NCBI GenBank assembly: GCA_964633195.1
Contig: CAZWFL010000010.1
Location: 21,732-85,731 of the forward strand
DNA: 64,000 bases
Direction: 5' to 3'
Origin: an uncultured Rikenellaceae bacterium
GTDB taxonomy: Bacteria; Bacteroidota; Bacteroidia; Bacteroidales; VadinHA17
Made by a program: the position numbers and the translations under genes. The notes under the pieces were generated by a model. It made no database searches, was not told where the DNA came from, and saw only the letters and a program-made list of their open reading frames with translations. Each line of letters opens with the position of its first letter. Position 1 is the stretch's first letter. Of this stretch, positions 46,873 through 57,430 are shown piece after piece.

Positions 46873-47889
46873 ATGATTTTAGTTAATAGTTATTCTTTGG
46901 CAATTGCCTTCTTTATTGTCACAATGATTTGTTGGGGTTCATGGGCAAATACGCAGAAACTTGCAGCCAGAACATGGCGTTTTGAGCTATTCTACTGGGA
47001 TGTAGTTACCGGATTGTTGATTTTTTCAATTTTAGCCGCATTTACCCTGGGGTCGTTTGGAAGCGAAGGACGCACATTTATTGAGGACTTACGGCAGGCA
47101 AATATTTCAAGTATTGGCTCAGCCATTCTTGGAGGTGTCGTATGGAACCTGGGTAATCTTTTTCTTGTTGCAGCAATAGCAGTGGCCGGAATGTCGGTAG
47201 GATTCCCTATCGGGGGCGGAATAGCCTGGATTCTTGGTATCATCGTGAATTATTTACTTGTAGTGATGCGTTCAGGAAGATCAGGAGATAATGATCTGCT
47301 TCTCTTTACTGGAGTCATAGCAATAATTGGTGCCATAATTCTGAGTATGCTTTCATACAAGCGTCTGGCAAGTGAGAACAAAAAACCAACAACAAAAGGA
47401 ATATTGCTCTCAGTGTCTGCGGGGTTGCTCATTGCATTTTTTTACGGTCTGGTAGTGAATTCTCTCGATCCGCAATTCGTCAATGGTGGTGGTGGGAATC
47501 TAACTCCTTACTCGGGCGCGTTTTTCTTTGCTCTGGGGGCTTTTCTCAGCACATTTATTTTCAACCCGGTTTTCATGGCTAAACCAGTGCAGGGTGATCC
47601 TGTAAAGATTGGGGAATATTTTAAGGGATCAGTTAAAACTCATTCAATCGGCATTTTGGGTGGAGTAATATGGATGACAGGAATGGTTGTAAGTTTTATG
47701 TCGGTGGGTGCTGCTGGACCTGCAATCTCATACGCACTGAGTAATGCAGCTCCAGTTGTTGCCATCTTATGGGGTGTATTTGCATGGAAAGAATTCAAAG
47801 AAGCTCCAAAAGGTACCAACCAGTTGTTGTTAATCATGTTTGTGCTTTTCCTTATAGGTTTAGTTTTAATTACTATGGCCAAAGCTTAG
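46873..47889 (+). CDS. DMT-superfamily sugar permease (GRP/RhaT-like)
   Basis: 338 aa, about 10 TM in two homologous halves, each ending in a WG...W(K)E(F)K-like segment (AILWGVFAWKEFKE). No signal peptide. Confidence 0.55.
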   Translation: MILVNSYSLAIAFFIVTMICWGSWANTQKLAARTWRFELFYWDVVTGLLIFSILAAFTLGSFGSEGRTFIEDLRQANISSIGSAILGGVVWNLGNLFLVAAIAVAGMSVGFPIGGGIAWILGIIVNYLLVVMRSGRSGDNDLLLFTGVIAIIGAIILSMLSYKRLASENKKPTTKGILLSVSAGLLIAFFYGLVVNSLDPQFVNGGGGNLTPYSGAFFFALGAFLSTFIFNPVFMAKPVQGDPVKIGEYFKGSVKTHSIGILGGVIWMTGMVVSFMSVGAAGPAISYALSNAAPVVAILWGVFAWKEFKEAPKGTNQLLLIMFVLFLIGLVLITMAKA

Positions 47890-47939
47890 AGCCTGGCATT
47901 TAATAAGATACTATTATAGTCTGGCAATAGCGCATACTT

Positions 47940-48806
47940 ATGATTAAAACGGAAGACAAATACATTTCTCTTAAGCTAACAGCGGAAAAAATTCGCAAAC
48001 GAGTTATTGAAATAATTTACCGGGCAAAATCTGGACATACAGGAGGCTCCCTTTCAATAATTGATATTCTTACGGTTTTGTATTTTAATATATTGAGAAT
48101 TGATCCTAAGTATCCAGAGATGCCAGATCGCGATCGATTTATTCTGAGCAAGGGTCATAGTGTGGAAAGTTTGTTTTGCATTCTCGCCGAAGCGGGGTTT
48201 TTAAGTAATGATGTGTTGATGACATACGGAACTTATAAATCCAAATTAGCTGGCCACCCTACTGTAAATGTTCCTGGAATTGAAATATGTAGCGGTGCCC
48301 TGGGACATGGACTATCGGTTGGAGCAGGTATGGCTTTAAGCGCCAGGATGGATAAGAGGGATTGGTGGGTATTTGTGCTCATGGGTGACGGAGAACAAAA
48401 TGAAGGTTCTGTTTATGAAGCTGCAATGGCTGCCAGACACTATCAGCTTGATAATCTGATAGCAATTATAGACAGGAATAATTTACAAATAAGTGGCAAC
48501 ACTGAAAACATTATGACACTTGAACCGATTGATAAACGATGGGAGGCTATGGGGTGGGAGGTGTTAAAAACCAACGGGCATGATATTGGTGCCATACTCT
48601 ATGCTTTTTCACTTTTAAAGATTAAAGCAGGAAAGCCTCACCTTTTAATTGCAGATACAATTAAAGGTAAAGGAATTTCATTTATGGAAAATGATCCCAA
48701 ATGGCATCATGGTGTGCCAAATGAGAACCAGTATCATTTGGCAATAAAGGAGATAGATGATCGGATCGTACACTTAACAGCTTTATTAGAACAGGAAAAT
48801 GAGTGA
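47940..48806 (+). CDS. Transketolase, N-terminal (TPP-binding) subunit
   Basis: 288 aa. GHTGGSLS and the TPP motif LMGDGEQNEGSVYEA. The stop overlaps the start of the C-terminal subunit gene by 8 nt. Confidence 0.9.
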   Translation: MIKTEDKYISLKLTAEKIRKRVIEIIYRAKSGHTGGSLSIIDILTVLYFNILRIDPKYPEMPDRDRFILSKGHSVESLFCILAEAGFLSNDVLMTYGTYKSKLAGHPTVNVPGIEICSGALGHGLSVGAGMALSARMDKRDWWVFVLMGDGEQNEGSVYEAAMAARHYQLDNLIAIIDRNNLQISGNTENIMTLEPIDKRWEAMGWEVLKTNGHDIGAILYAFSLLKIKAGKPHLLIADTIKGKGISFMENDPKWHHGVPNENQYHLAIKEIDDRIVHLTALLEQENE

Positions 48807-49731
48807 TCCTTGCAGAAAAGTTTTTACAGATACATTGTTGCAAAAGGCTTACACGGACGGGAATATAGTGGTAGTAACAACTGACGCCCGGGGGTCGGTC
48901 ACTTTAAACCGGTTTGCAGATGAATTACCCAACCAATTTATAGAAGTTGGTATAGCTGAACAGAATGCAATCGGTGTTGCAGCAGGATTGGCTGCCAGTG
49001 GAAAAAAGGTTTTTGTGTGTGGCCCTGCCTGTTTTTATTCTGCACGGGCTCTTGAGCAGATTAAAGTTGACGTGGCTTATTCGAATAAACCCGTTAAGAT
49101 AATTGGTGTTAGCGGTGGCGTGAGTTATGGGGCTCTTGGAAGTACTCATCACAGCCTGCACGACATTGCAGTGATGCGTACTTTTCCAGGATTAAATGTT
49201 TTTCTTCCTTGTGATAACACACAAACCCGTGAATTAATTGTTCAGATGATCAACTACCGGCATCCGGCCTATATAAGAATGGGAAGAGGTGCAGTGCCTG
49301 ATGTATATAGTGATGGTAACTGTAATTTAACTGTGGGGAGAGCAAATATCCTGTTGGACGGTGATGATCTTACTATTATTGGGACCGGAGAAACTGTATT
49401 TTATTGCCTGGAAGCTGGAAAGCTTCTGCAGGCCAAGGGTATTTCAGCAAGGATTCTGGACATGCACACGATAAAACCAGTTGACAGGTTGGCGGTTATA
49501 AATGCCGCAAAGGAAACAGGGCGCATTATTACTGTCGAGGAACATAGCATTTTTGGGGGACTGGGTTCGATTGTGGCTGAGATAGTGGTTCAAAATTTCC
49601 CGGTTCCGGTAAGGATCATCGGCATTCCTGATGAAAACGCAGTGCATGGTTCCTCCTCAGAAATCTTCAGGCATTACGGAATAACCAGTGAGAACATTGC
49701 AAATACTGCAGAGAAGCTAATTAACAATTAA
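48799..49731 (+). CDS. Transketolase, C-terminal (pyrimidine-binding) subunit
   Basis: 310 aa. FIEVGIAEQNAIGVAAGLA and HHSLHDIAVMR. Translationally coupled to the N-terminal subunit gene. Confidence 0.9.
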   Translation: MSDPCRKVFTDTLLQKAYTDGNIVVVTTDARGSVTLNRFADELPNQFIEVGIAEQNAIGVAAGLAASGKKVFVCGPACFYSARALEQIKVDVAYSNKPVKIIGVSGGVSYGALGSTHHSLHDIAVMRTFPGLNVFLPCDNTQTRELIVQMINYRHPAYIRMGRGAVPDVYSDGNCNLTVGRANILLDGDDLTIIGTGETVFYCLEAGKLLQAKGISARILDMHTIKPVDRLAVINAAKETGRIITVEEHSIFGGLGSIVAEIVVQNFPVPVRIIGIPDENAVHGSSSEIFRHYGITSENIANTAEKLINN

Positions 49732-49740
49732 AAACCAGTT

Positions 49741-51222
49741 ATGCAAAAACACATATTATCAATTGATCAAAGTACGTCAGCGACCAAAGCCATACTCTTT
49801 GATAGTAAGGCACAAGTTGTGGCAAGGATGTCAAAAGAGCATAAACAGTTTTATCCCAGGCCGGGCTGGGTAGAACATGACCCTGATGAGATCTTAACAA
49901 ATACCTTCAGGATCATTAATGAAATTTGTAATTCCAATAAAATTATAAATATTGAATCTTTAGCTATTACCAACCAGAGGGAGACTGTTGTAGTTTGGGA
50001 CATTACAACGGGGAAACCTGTTTATAATGCGATCGTTTGGCAGTGTAACCGGGGTGCTGATCGATGCAGGAGACTTATGGAAGATGGTTGGGGAAAAGCG
50101 ATTCAGGATAAAACCGGATTAATTATTGACCCATATTTTTCAGCTACAGGAATATGCTGGATACTGGATAATGTACCTGGGGCAAGAGAAAAGGCTGAAA
50201 AAGGGCTATTGCGGTTTGGTACAACAGACAGTTGGTTAATCTGGAATTTAACTAATGGCAAGGTACATGCAACAGACTATACCAATGCTTGCCGCACAAT
50301 GCTATTTAACATAAATAACTTGTCATGGGACAATGAAATTATGGATGAATTAGGCATCCCGGTTATCATGGCTCCGGAAGTAAAGTATTCAGATGATCTG
50401 TTTGGAAGCACCACTGCAGGGGGAGCATTTAAAGTTCCCATTCCTGTGTCCGGGGTATTGGGAGATTCACATGCTGCACTTTTTGGCCAGCTTTGTCTTA
50501 CTCCCGGCATGGCCAAGGCAACTTATGGTACTGGTTCTTCCATAATGATGAACATAGGAGATAAACCACTTGAGAGTCCGGAAGGATTGGTAACATCGAT
50601 AGGCTATGGGGTGGATAAATCCATTGCCTATGTGTTTGAGGGCAATATACATTATACAGGGGCTACGATCAAGTGGTTGCAAGATGATTTGCAGCTCATC
50701 AAAGATGCTGGTGAAACCGAGATTTTAGCCACTTCAGTTGATTCCACTGAGGGTGTTTATCTGGTGCCGGCTTTCACCGGACTTGGAGCTCCATACTGGG
50801 ACAATGAAGCAAGAGCAATCATTTGTGGTATGTCACGTGGGACTAAAAAAGCTCACGTGGTTCGCTCAGCACTGGAAGCTATTGCCTATCAGGTGAAAGA
50901 CCTGGTTGATCTGATGATCTCCCAGGCCGGTATTGAACTTAAAGAATTAAAGGTTGACGGTGGAGCGACACGCAATGAATTTTTAATGCAGTTTCAAACC
51001 GACATTATAAAGACAAAAGTTGTACGATCGGATATTGAAGAGATATCGGCTCTTGGTTCAGCTTTTGCAGCAGGTCTTGCTACAGGTATCTGGAAAGATA
51101 TCGAAGAAATTAAGAGACTTTATGTTACCGGGAAAATCTATTCAGGCCAGATGACAGATGATGAGATTGATAGCTTATATCATGGTTGGAAAATTGCAGT
51201 TAATAGAACCCAGTTTAAATAG
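49741..51222 (+). CDS. FGGY-family carbohydrate kinase (glycerol-kinase-like)
   Basis: 493 aa. IDQSTSATKAILFD, ITNQRETVVVWD, DPYFSATGICWIL, GDSHAALFGQ, VDGGATRNEFLMQFQTDI. Confidence 0.85.
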   Translation: MQKHILSIDQSTSATKAILFDSKAQVVARMSKEHKQFYPRPGWVEHDPDEILTNTFRIINEICNSNKIINIESLAITNQRETVVVWDITTGKPVYNAIVWQCNRGADRCRRLMEDGWGKAIQDKTGLIIDPYFSATGICWILDNVPGAREKAEKGLLRFGTTDSWLIWNLTNGKVHATDYTNACRTMLFNINNLSWDNEIMDELGIPVIMAPEVKYSDDLFGSTTAGGAFKVPIPVSGVLGDSHAALFGQLCLTPGMAKATYGTGSSIMMNIGDKPLESPEGLVTSIGYGVDKSIAYVFEGNIHYTGATIKWLQDDLQLIKDAGETEILATSVDSTEGVYLVPAFTGLGAPYWDNEARAIICGMSRGTKKAHVVRSALEAIAYQVKDLVDLMISQAGIELKELKVDGGATRNEFLMQFQTDIIKTKVVRSDIEEISALGSAFAAGLATGIWKDIEEIKRLYVTGKIYSGQMTDDEIDSLYHGWKIAVNRTQFK

Positions 51223-51251
51223 ATATAAATTAAACCTTAAAATTCAATATT

Positions 51252-52664
51252 ATGAAAAAGAAACAAACATTTGGTGTGATTATTGCCACCAGGAATATCT
51301 TCAATTTTCAACTTGCTGTTGAAGCTAGAAAGAAGGTATTATCAAAGCTTGAGAGTATGGGTTTTGATGCAATAATTTTGCCGGAGAAAGAAACCCCTAC
51401 CGGAAATATTGAAGGATACTCCGATGCAGTTAAATGTGCTGAGCTTTTTAGGAATAATGCTAATCTAATTGAGGGTATAATAGTTATCTTACCAAATTTT
51501 GGTGACGAACTTGGTGTGGTAAATACTATCAGTCTGAGTGGGCTGAAGGTGCCGGTTCTGGTTCAGGCCTGCGATGATGACAATGATAAAGTTGATGTGA
51601 AAAGCAGGAGGGATGCTTTTTGCGGTAAGCTATCGGTGTGTAATAATTTATATCAATATGGAATAAAATTTACTGATACTAAATACCACACCTATTCTCT
51701 CGATAGCAGTGAGTTTACTATGGATTTGTTAAAATTTGCAGGTGTATGTCGTGTAGTAAAAGGTTTTAAAGGTTTGAGGGTTGGGGCAATTGGTACCCGT
51801 CCCGGTGGTTTTCAAACCATGCGTGCAAGTGAGAAACTGCTTCAGAAGTCTGGGATAACATTAGTGCCGGTTGATATGTCTGAGATAATAGCTGCTGCAA
51901 ATAAGATGAAGGACGATGAGCAGGTAGTAGTAGATAAAGTAAAAGCTATACAGGAATACGGTACTTGTGCTACGGTATCAAAGGAAAAGATTGCTCGTCA
52001 GGCACGCTTTGGAGTAGCGGTTGAAAATTGGATAGCTGATAATAATATTAACATTTCAGCACTTCAGTGCTGGGAATCGATTGAAAGAAATTACGGATGT
52101 GCTGCCTGTGTTACCATGAGCATGATGGGAGAAAAACTGATGCCCTCAGCCTGTGAGGTTGATATTGCAGGTTCTATTGCCATGTATGCATTAGCCCTCG
52201 CTGCCCAGACGCCTTCTGCATTACTGGACTGGAATAATAATTTTGGAGAAGATCGAGATAAAGTTGTATGTACACATTGCAGCAATTACCCAAAATCATT
52301 TTTCCAGAACGACATTGAGTTAGGCAGCCTTGATGTACTGGGAACTGTATTGGGGAGTGAGGACACATTTGGTGCAGTAAAGGGTAAAGTTTCCCCCGGT
52401 GACATGACCTATTTTAGAGTATCAACAGATGATCAGAAGGGATTTATACGTACTTATCTTGGTGAAGGTATCATTACTGATGACCCTTATGGTATGGACG
52501 GTGGAATTGCCGTTTGTCAGATACAAAATCTGCAAAAGCTTATGAAATTCATGTGTAAATACGGCTTTGAACATCATGTAGGAATGGTTCGGGGTCATGT
52601 AGCTGAAATTATTGAAGAAGCTATAGGCAATTATATTGGATGGGAACTTTATCGTCATGAATGA
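51252..52664 (+). CDS. L-fucose/L-arabinose-isomerase-family sugar isomerase
   Basis: 470 aa, cytoplasmic. RVGAIGTRPGGFQTMR, ACEVDIAGSIAMYAL and EHHVGMVRGH resemble fucose-isomerase-family proteins. Confidence 0.7.
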   Translation: MKKKQTFGVIIATRNIFNFQLAVEARKKVLSKLESMGFDAIILPEKETPTGNIEGYSDAVKCAELFRNNANLIEGIIVILPNFGDELGVVNTISLSGLKVPVLVQACDDDNDKVDVKSRRDAFCGKLSVCNNLYQYGIKFTDTKYHTYSLDSSEFTMDLLKFAGVCRVVKGFKGLRVGAIGTRPGGFQTMRASEKLLQKSGITLVPVDMSEIIAAANKMKDDEQVVVDKVKAIQEYGTCATVSKEKIARQARFGVAVENWIADNNINISALQCWESIERNYGCAACVTMSMMGEKLMPSACEVDIAGSIAMYALALAAQTPSALLDWNNNFGEDRDKVVCTHCSNYPKSFFQNDIELGSLDVLGTVLGSEDTFGAVKGKVSPGDMTYFRVSTDDQKGFIRTYLGEGIITDDPYGMDGGIAVCQIQNLQKLMKFMCKYGFEHHVGMVRGHVAEIIEEAIGNYIGWELYRHE

Positions 52665-52804
52665 TTCAACAGAATATCTTGCTAAATATGGTCAGGCATA
52701 ATAATTTTTACATGCATCAGCACAGATTAAATTAATATATTTTCAATGGCCATTTATTTAAAACATTTAATTAATCCGATTATTTACATAAATGCTTAAC
52801 AAGT

Positions 52805-54322
52805 ATGAAAAGAATAGTTTTGGCTGTATTATTACTGCAGAGCACGGTAATATTTTCCCAAAGCAGTATTGAAAAATGGAAAGTATTTGAAATAACGCTT
52901 AAAGGACCTTCTTCCGGGAATCCTTTTCAGGATGTGACCCTGACAGCAACCTTTTCTAACGGTGTGACAGAAACTGATATTACAGGGTTTTACGATGGGA
53001 ATGGTATATTCAAGATCAGGTTCATGCCAGCGGAAGAAGGGAAATGGAATTACATCACTAAAAGCAATCAGAAAGCGCTCAACAATAAAAAGGGGCAATT
53101 TACATGCATACCCCCTACTGGTAACAATCATGGTCCGGTGATTGTTAAAGATACTTTCAACTTTGCTTATGCTGATGGCACACCACATTATTCGTTTGGA
53201 ACCACAGCGTATGCGTGGATACATCAGGGTGACAGCCTGGCACAACTTACCCTCCAGACTTTATCAAAAGGGTATTTTAACAAGATGCGTATGTGTATCT
53301 TCCCAAAAGATTATAATTGGAACAAGAACGAACCTTTGCTTTATCCCTTCGAAGGACAACCAATCACAGACTGGGATTATTCCCGATTCAATCCTTCGTA
53401 TTTCCGAAATGTCGAAAAACGGATTTCACAGTTAGACTCGTTAGGAATTGAAGCTGACCTTATTGTTTTTCATCCATACGACCGATGGGGATTTGCAAAT
53501 ATGGACAGAGAAACCGACGAGAGATACATCAGGTATGTTGTTGCCAGATTTGCAGCTTTTAAAAATGTATGGTGGAGTATGGCTAATGAATACGATTTTA
53601 TGAAGAGTAAGAACTTGGACGACTGGGATAGATTTATTGACCTGTTTGCACAGATAGATCCTTACCATCGCTTACTTGGGATTCACAACGGAAGAGTCTG
53701 GTATGACCACACAAATCCTTTAATAACCCATGCAAGCATTCAAAACGAAGATACCTATAATGCAAGAGAATACCGGAATAAGTACAAAAAACCTGTCGTC
53801 TTCGACGAATGCCGTTACGAGGGAACTATTCCCAGTTCCTGGGGAAACATTACTGCTGAGGAGATGGTAAATAAATTTTGGTATGGATTCACTAATGGCG
53901 GACATGTCGGACATGGTGAAACCTATCTTACTGAGAATCCTTTGGTCTGGCCAGATAAATCATCTGACGTATTGTGGTGGTCGAAGGGAGGAATTTTAAG
54001 GGGAGAAAGTCACCCCAGGATTAAGTTCTTAAGGGAGATTGTTGAATCGGCGCCAGGTTATCTCGGCCTTACACCATATTTCAGGGGAACGCGGCGGTTT
54101 ACTGTTGTTAGCTATAAGGATGAATATTTTTTGGCATATTTCAGCCTCGATCAACCCAGAGCTACAATAATTACACTACCAAAGGGGAGAACCTATAAGG
54201 TCGATATTATTGATGCCTGGAATATGACCATACAGACCCTTAATGGCACATATAGTGGCAGGTGTATGATCGAATTGCCGGGGAAACCGTTTACAGCTTT
54301 GCGTATTATAAGCACTCCTTAA
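52805..54322 (+). CDS. DUF5060/DUF4038-type glycoside hydrolase (GH140 apiosidase-like), secreted; copy 2
   Basis: 505 aa. Collinear with 45303..46841 (WKVFEITLKGPSSGNP, FYDGNGIFKIRF, MRMCIFPKDY, WSMANEYD). Clearly diverged from copy 1 but alignable throughout, judged by eye. Confidence 0.65.
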   Translation: MKRIVLAVLLLQSTVIFSQSSIEKWKVFEITLKGPSSGNPFQDVTLTATFSNGVTETDITGFYDGNGIFKIRFMPAEEGKWNYITKSNQKALNNKKGQFTCIPPTGNNHGPVIVKDTFNFAYADGTPHYSFGTTAYAWIHQGDSLAQLTLQTLSKGYFNKMRMCIFPKDYNWNKNEPLLYPFEGQPITDWDYSRFNPSYFRNVEKRISQLDSLGIEADLIVFHPYDRWGFANMDRETDERYIRYVVARFAAFKNVWWSMANEYDFMKSKNLDDWDRFIDLFAQIDPYHRLLGIHNGRVWYDHTNPLITHASIQNEDTYNAREYRNKYKKPVVFDECRYEGTIPSSWGNITAEEMVNKFWYGFTNGGHVGHGETYLTENPLVWPDKSSDVLWWSKGGILRGESHPRIKFLREIVESAPGYLGLTPYFRGTRRFTVVSYKDEYFLAYFSLDQPRATIITLPKGRTYKVDIIDAWNMTIQTLNGTYSGRCMIELPGKPFTALRIISTP

Positions 54323-54462
54323 ATAGTTTTAAGCTGAATTAATTGAAAATATAAATTTTCATTCGAGGCCGAAAGAAAAATTAAGGAGTGCCTGGCCGAA
54401 CAGACCATAATTATTTAAAATACTGGTCGAGGGTTTGAGAGAATTATAAATTGGGATGGATT

Positions 54463-55920
54463 ATGAAAGATACTATATTAATATCTTGTTTTTCTCTGTT
54501 AATAAGCATCTTATTTATTAATTCCTGTAATTCAGTAAATACTGGAAAGCCACGCTTGGTTGTTTTAACTGACATCGGGGGTGATCCGGACGATATACAA
54601 TCTCTCCGGAGGTTATTGGTTTATGCAAATGAGTTTCGTATAGAAGGTTTGATTGCCACTGCAAAGAATACTCCCAGCCCTGGACGTACCTATGAGATCA
54701 GGACTGATATTATTTATCAGGCAATTGATGACTATGCAGAAATCCGCGATAACATTAATCAACATGCTCAGGTTTATCCTACTGCCGAATCACTGAGAGC
54801 TGTGGTTTTTGGTGGACAGGAAAACCGTGGTGTGGACAATCTTATTCCTGGTTTAGCAACACCTGGCTCACAGCATATTATTAAGAGAACCAATGCAAGT
54901 AAAGAACCTCTTTATATAGTTATATGGGGAGGCGCGCATGATCTTGCACAGGCATTACTGGATATGAGAAGCACCTACTCAACAAAAAAAGCAGAACAAT
55001 TTATCAGGAAATTGCGAGTGTATGCGATTGGCGACCAGGATGGATGGAATAATGTTTTTTCTATGGGGACAGGAGAGTGGATACGTAAAAATTTCCCTGA
55101 ATTGAGATATGTTGAAACCTCACCTCCCTGGATACATAATCAGACAGCAAGTTTTCGGGGAATGTATCAGAATGATTCCAGGGGGGGCGACCATCCTGGA
55201 TTGCCATTAGTAAGGCCTGGAATAGAGTTGATGAACGATCATACCTGGATACTTGAAAATGTATCGGCATGGGGGCCACTGGGAGAAGGCTATCCTCCCG
55301 AAGTAAACCAAAATCCGAATAGCGAAAGGAACACAAAAGGGGTTAAAGAAGGAGATACTCCATCGTGGTTTTTTGTACTTCCACATGGCCTGAATGATCC
55401 GGAAAACCCCGAATGGGGGGGATGGGGAGGAAGATTTGTACATCATACAGATGGATATTACACAGAAGCTGAAGATGATCACTGGTCAGGAGCAGATGAC
55501 GCCAGTCTTCGACGTAAATGGACAGTAGCCCGCTGGCGGGAAGCGTACCAGAATGATTTTGCTGCACGGATGCGCTGGTGTTTACTTTCCTATAAAGAAG
55601 CAAACCATAATCCTGTTGCTATTATTAATAACAATAGCAGAGACCCGATTCTGAAACTAAAGGTTAAACCCGGGGAAAACATAAAATTAGATGCCTCTGC
55701 AAGCTATGATCCTGACGGAGATAATATAACCTTTAACTGGTGGATCTATAACGAAATCTCTTCTGCCAAGGTTATCTTATCCAATAACACAGAACCAGTA
55801 TCAGATATAAGTGTTCCTGTATCCGCGACCAAAGGAGAAATTCATTTAATTCTGGAAGTGAAGGATGATGGAAAGCCTGAATTGTATTCGTACAGAAGGA
55901 TAATATTGCAAATAAAATAA
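54463..55920 (+). CDS. DUF1593 protein, lipoprotein; paralogue B (TDIGGDPDD class)
   Basis: ATG 54463 gives MKDTILISCFSLLISILFINSC. Motifs PRLVVLTDIGGDPDDIQS, IWGGAHD, EGDTPSWFF, GGWGGRF, NDFAARMRWC, EANHNPV, DPDGD. Confidence 0.8.
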   Translation: MKDTILISCFSLLISILFINSCNSVNTGKPRLVVLTDIGGDPDDIQSLRRLLVYANEFRIEGLIATAKNTPSPGRTYEIRTDIIYQAIDDYAEIRDNINQHAQVYPTAESLRAVVFGGQENRGVDNLIPGLATPGSQHIIKRTNASKEPLYIVIWGGAHDLAQALLDMRSTYSTKKAEQFIRKLRVYAIGDQDGWNNVFSMGTGEWIRKNFPELRYVETSPPWIHNQTASFRGMYQNDSRGGDHPGLPLVRPGIELMNDHTWILENVSAWGPLGEGYPPEVNQNPNSERNTKGVKEGDTPSWFFVLPHGLNDPENPEWGGWGGRFVHHTDGYYTEAEDDHWSGADDASLRRKWTVARWREAYQNDFAARMRWCLLSYKEANHNPVAIINNNSRDPILKLKVKPGENIKLDASASYDPDGDNITFNWWIYNEISSAKVILSNNTEPVSDISVPVSATKGEIHLILEVKDDGKPELYSYRRIILQIK

Positions 55921-56023
55921 CATAATAGATTAACTATTTTGATTTAATGTAGCCTGAATCCTTGAGATAGTTAAACTGTCATGAACAATATTCTTTGTGT
56001 TTGAAAAATAAAAGTAATACCGA

Positions 56024-57430
56024 ATGAATGCTTTTCATTACCTTTTGATAATAATATTACTGCAATTAGAATCCGGAGTTTCCCCACATGGTGCCATTCA
56101 ACCGTATCGGAATAACCCCTGGTATTGGGAGTATAAAGGTGAACCAATTCTGTTGAGAGGTGCGAGTGACGAAGATAATCTTTTTCAGTGGACAGGCAGG
56201 AAGTTAACTGAGCACCTGGATCTTCTTTCGTCGGTTGGTGGCAATTACCTGCGAAACACTATGTCTGATCGTGATACGGGAAATGTCTATGCATTTGGTC
56301 AGACTGGTAACAACCTTTATGACCTCGAGCGATGGAACGACGAATACTGGGATCGTTTGACTTTTTTCCTCGATGAAACATCAAAGCGCGATATAATTGT
56401 TCAGCTTACTCTCTGGGATCAATTTGACCTGAGCACATCGCATCCATGGTTTAACAACATCAATATTAAGAAGGACGTAATAAACAACAGGGCTGCTTTT
56501 TATAAGACTGTGGAAACTAATAATAAAGAAGGTCTTTACTATCAAGGCAAGTTTATTGATAAGCTTCTGTCAATTACCCTGAAATATGATCACATCTTGT
56601 ACAATATCAACAACGAGAGCAGTGAAGGCGCGATCTGGGAAAATTACTGGGCAAGATATATACAGAAGACAGCAGAAAATTTGAGGCGGAATGTGTGTAT
56701 CACAAGTATGCAGTTTGACCCTACTAACTCTGTAAGGCATGTAATGACATTCCGGAACTTTTACAGCTTTGTAGAAATATCTCAGAATAATCAGGATTCA
56801 AGGGGAGGAAGAGGGCATGCTCATTGGGAAAACATAATGAATTGGAGGAAGAAGATAGTTTCCCAAAATACCGGCCCTATGCCAATGAATAATGAAAAGG
56901 TCTACGGAGGGAAAGATGGAGTAAACTACTCAGCTGGCACAGAAACAGAGGCAATAAACCGGTTTTGGCGAAATATTTTTGCAGGATGTGCCGCAAGTCG
57001 GTTTCACCGTCCTGCAGAACCGAGAGTCTGGGGTGCAGGCCTGAACGATCGTGTTCAGATAAACCTGAAAGCTATGGATATGCTGCTTGAAGAGTTGGAT
57101 ATATTTTCTGCTTCACCTCATAACGATCTTTTAATACATACCGTAGCAGCCACAGCCACTTCTATGGAAGCATACGTAACCGCAGAAATTGGAAGGCAGT
57201 ATGCAGTTTACTTTCCGCCAGGGAATAATATGGTCGGACTTGATCCATGGATATATGTGAATAAATTGAAAATTCGCTGGCTGGACATAGATGAGTTGAA
57301 ATGGTCAGATCCCGAAGTAGTAAATGTACAGTGGGAAGGAAGTAGAAATGAATGGGGAGACCGGGGCATGATCATTTTGAAGACTCCAAGTAATCGTCCT
57401 TATGTTGCATTAGTTGAGGTCGGAGAATAG
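56024..57430 (+). CDS. Orphan protein, possibly a clan GH-A-like TIM-barrel glycoside hydrolase
   Basis: 468 aa. The N-terminus NPWYWEYKGEPILLRGAS resembles the entry strand of DUF4038/GH5-like enzymes. YNINNESSEG is a possible acid/base NE. No family recognised. Confidence 0.3.
   Translation: MNAFHYLLIIILLQLESGVSPHGAIQPYRNNPWYWEYKGEPILLRGASDEDNLFQWTGRKLTEHLDLLSSVGGNYLRNTMSDRDTGNVYAFGQTGNNLYDLERWNDEYWDRLTFFLDETSKRDIIVQLTLWDQFDLSTSHPWFNNINIKKDVINNRAAFYKTVETNNKEGLYYQGKFIDKLLSITLKYDHILYNINNESSEGAIWENYWARYIQKTAENLRRNVCITSMQFDPTNSVRHVMTFRNFYSFVEISQNNQDSRGGRGHAHWENIMNWRKKIVSQNTGPMPMNNEKVYGGKDGVNYSAGTETEAINRFWRNIFAGCAASRFHRPAEPRVWGAGLNDRVQINLKAMDMLLEELDIFSASPHNDLLIHTVAATATSMEAYVTAEIGRQYAVYFPPGNNMVGLDPWIYVNKLKIRWLDIDELKWSDPEVVNVQWEGSRNEWGDRGMIILKTPSNRPYVALVEVGE

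Noticed and set aside
47940-49731. Housekeeping pentose-phosphate transketolase (tkt)
   Set aside because: The split two-subunit form embedded in a PUL next to a kinase and an isomerase suggests a dedicated catabolic transketolase. The tkt symbol is withheld, though this cannot be excluded without phylogeny.
49741-51222. Calling this gene glpK (glycerol kinase)
   Set aside because: The sequence is clearly glycerol-kinase-like. However, there is no glpF, glpD or glpA nearby, and it sits between a split transketolase and a sugar isomerase inside a PUL. Only the FGGY family is asserted, with no gene symbol.
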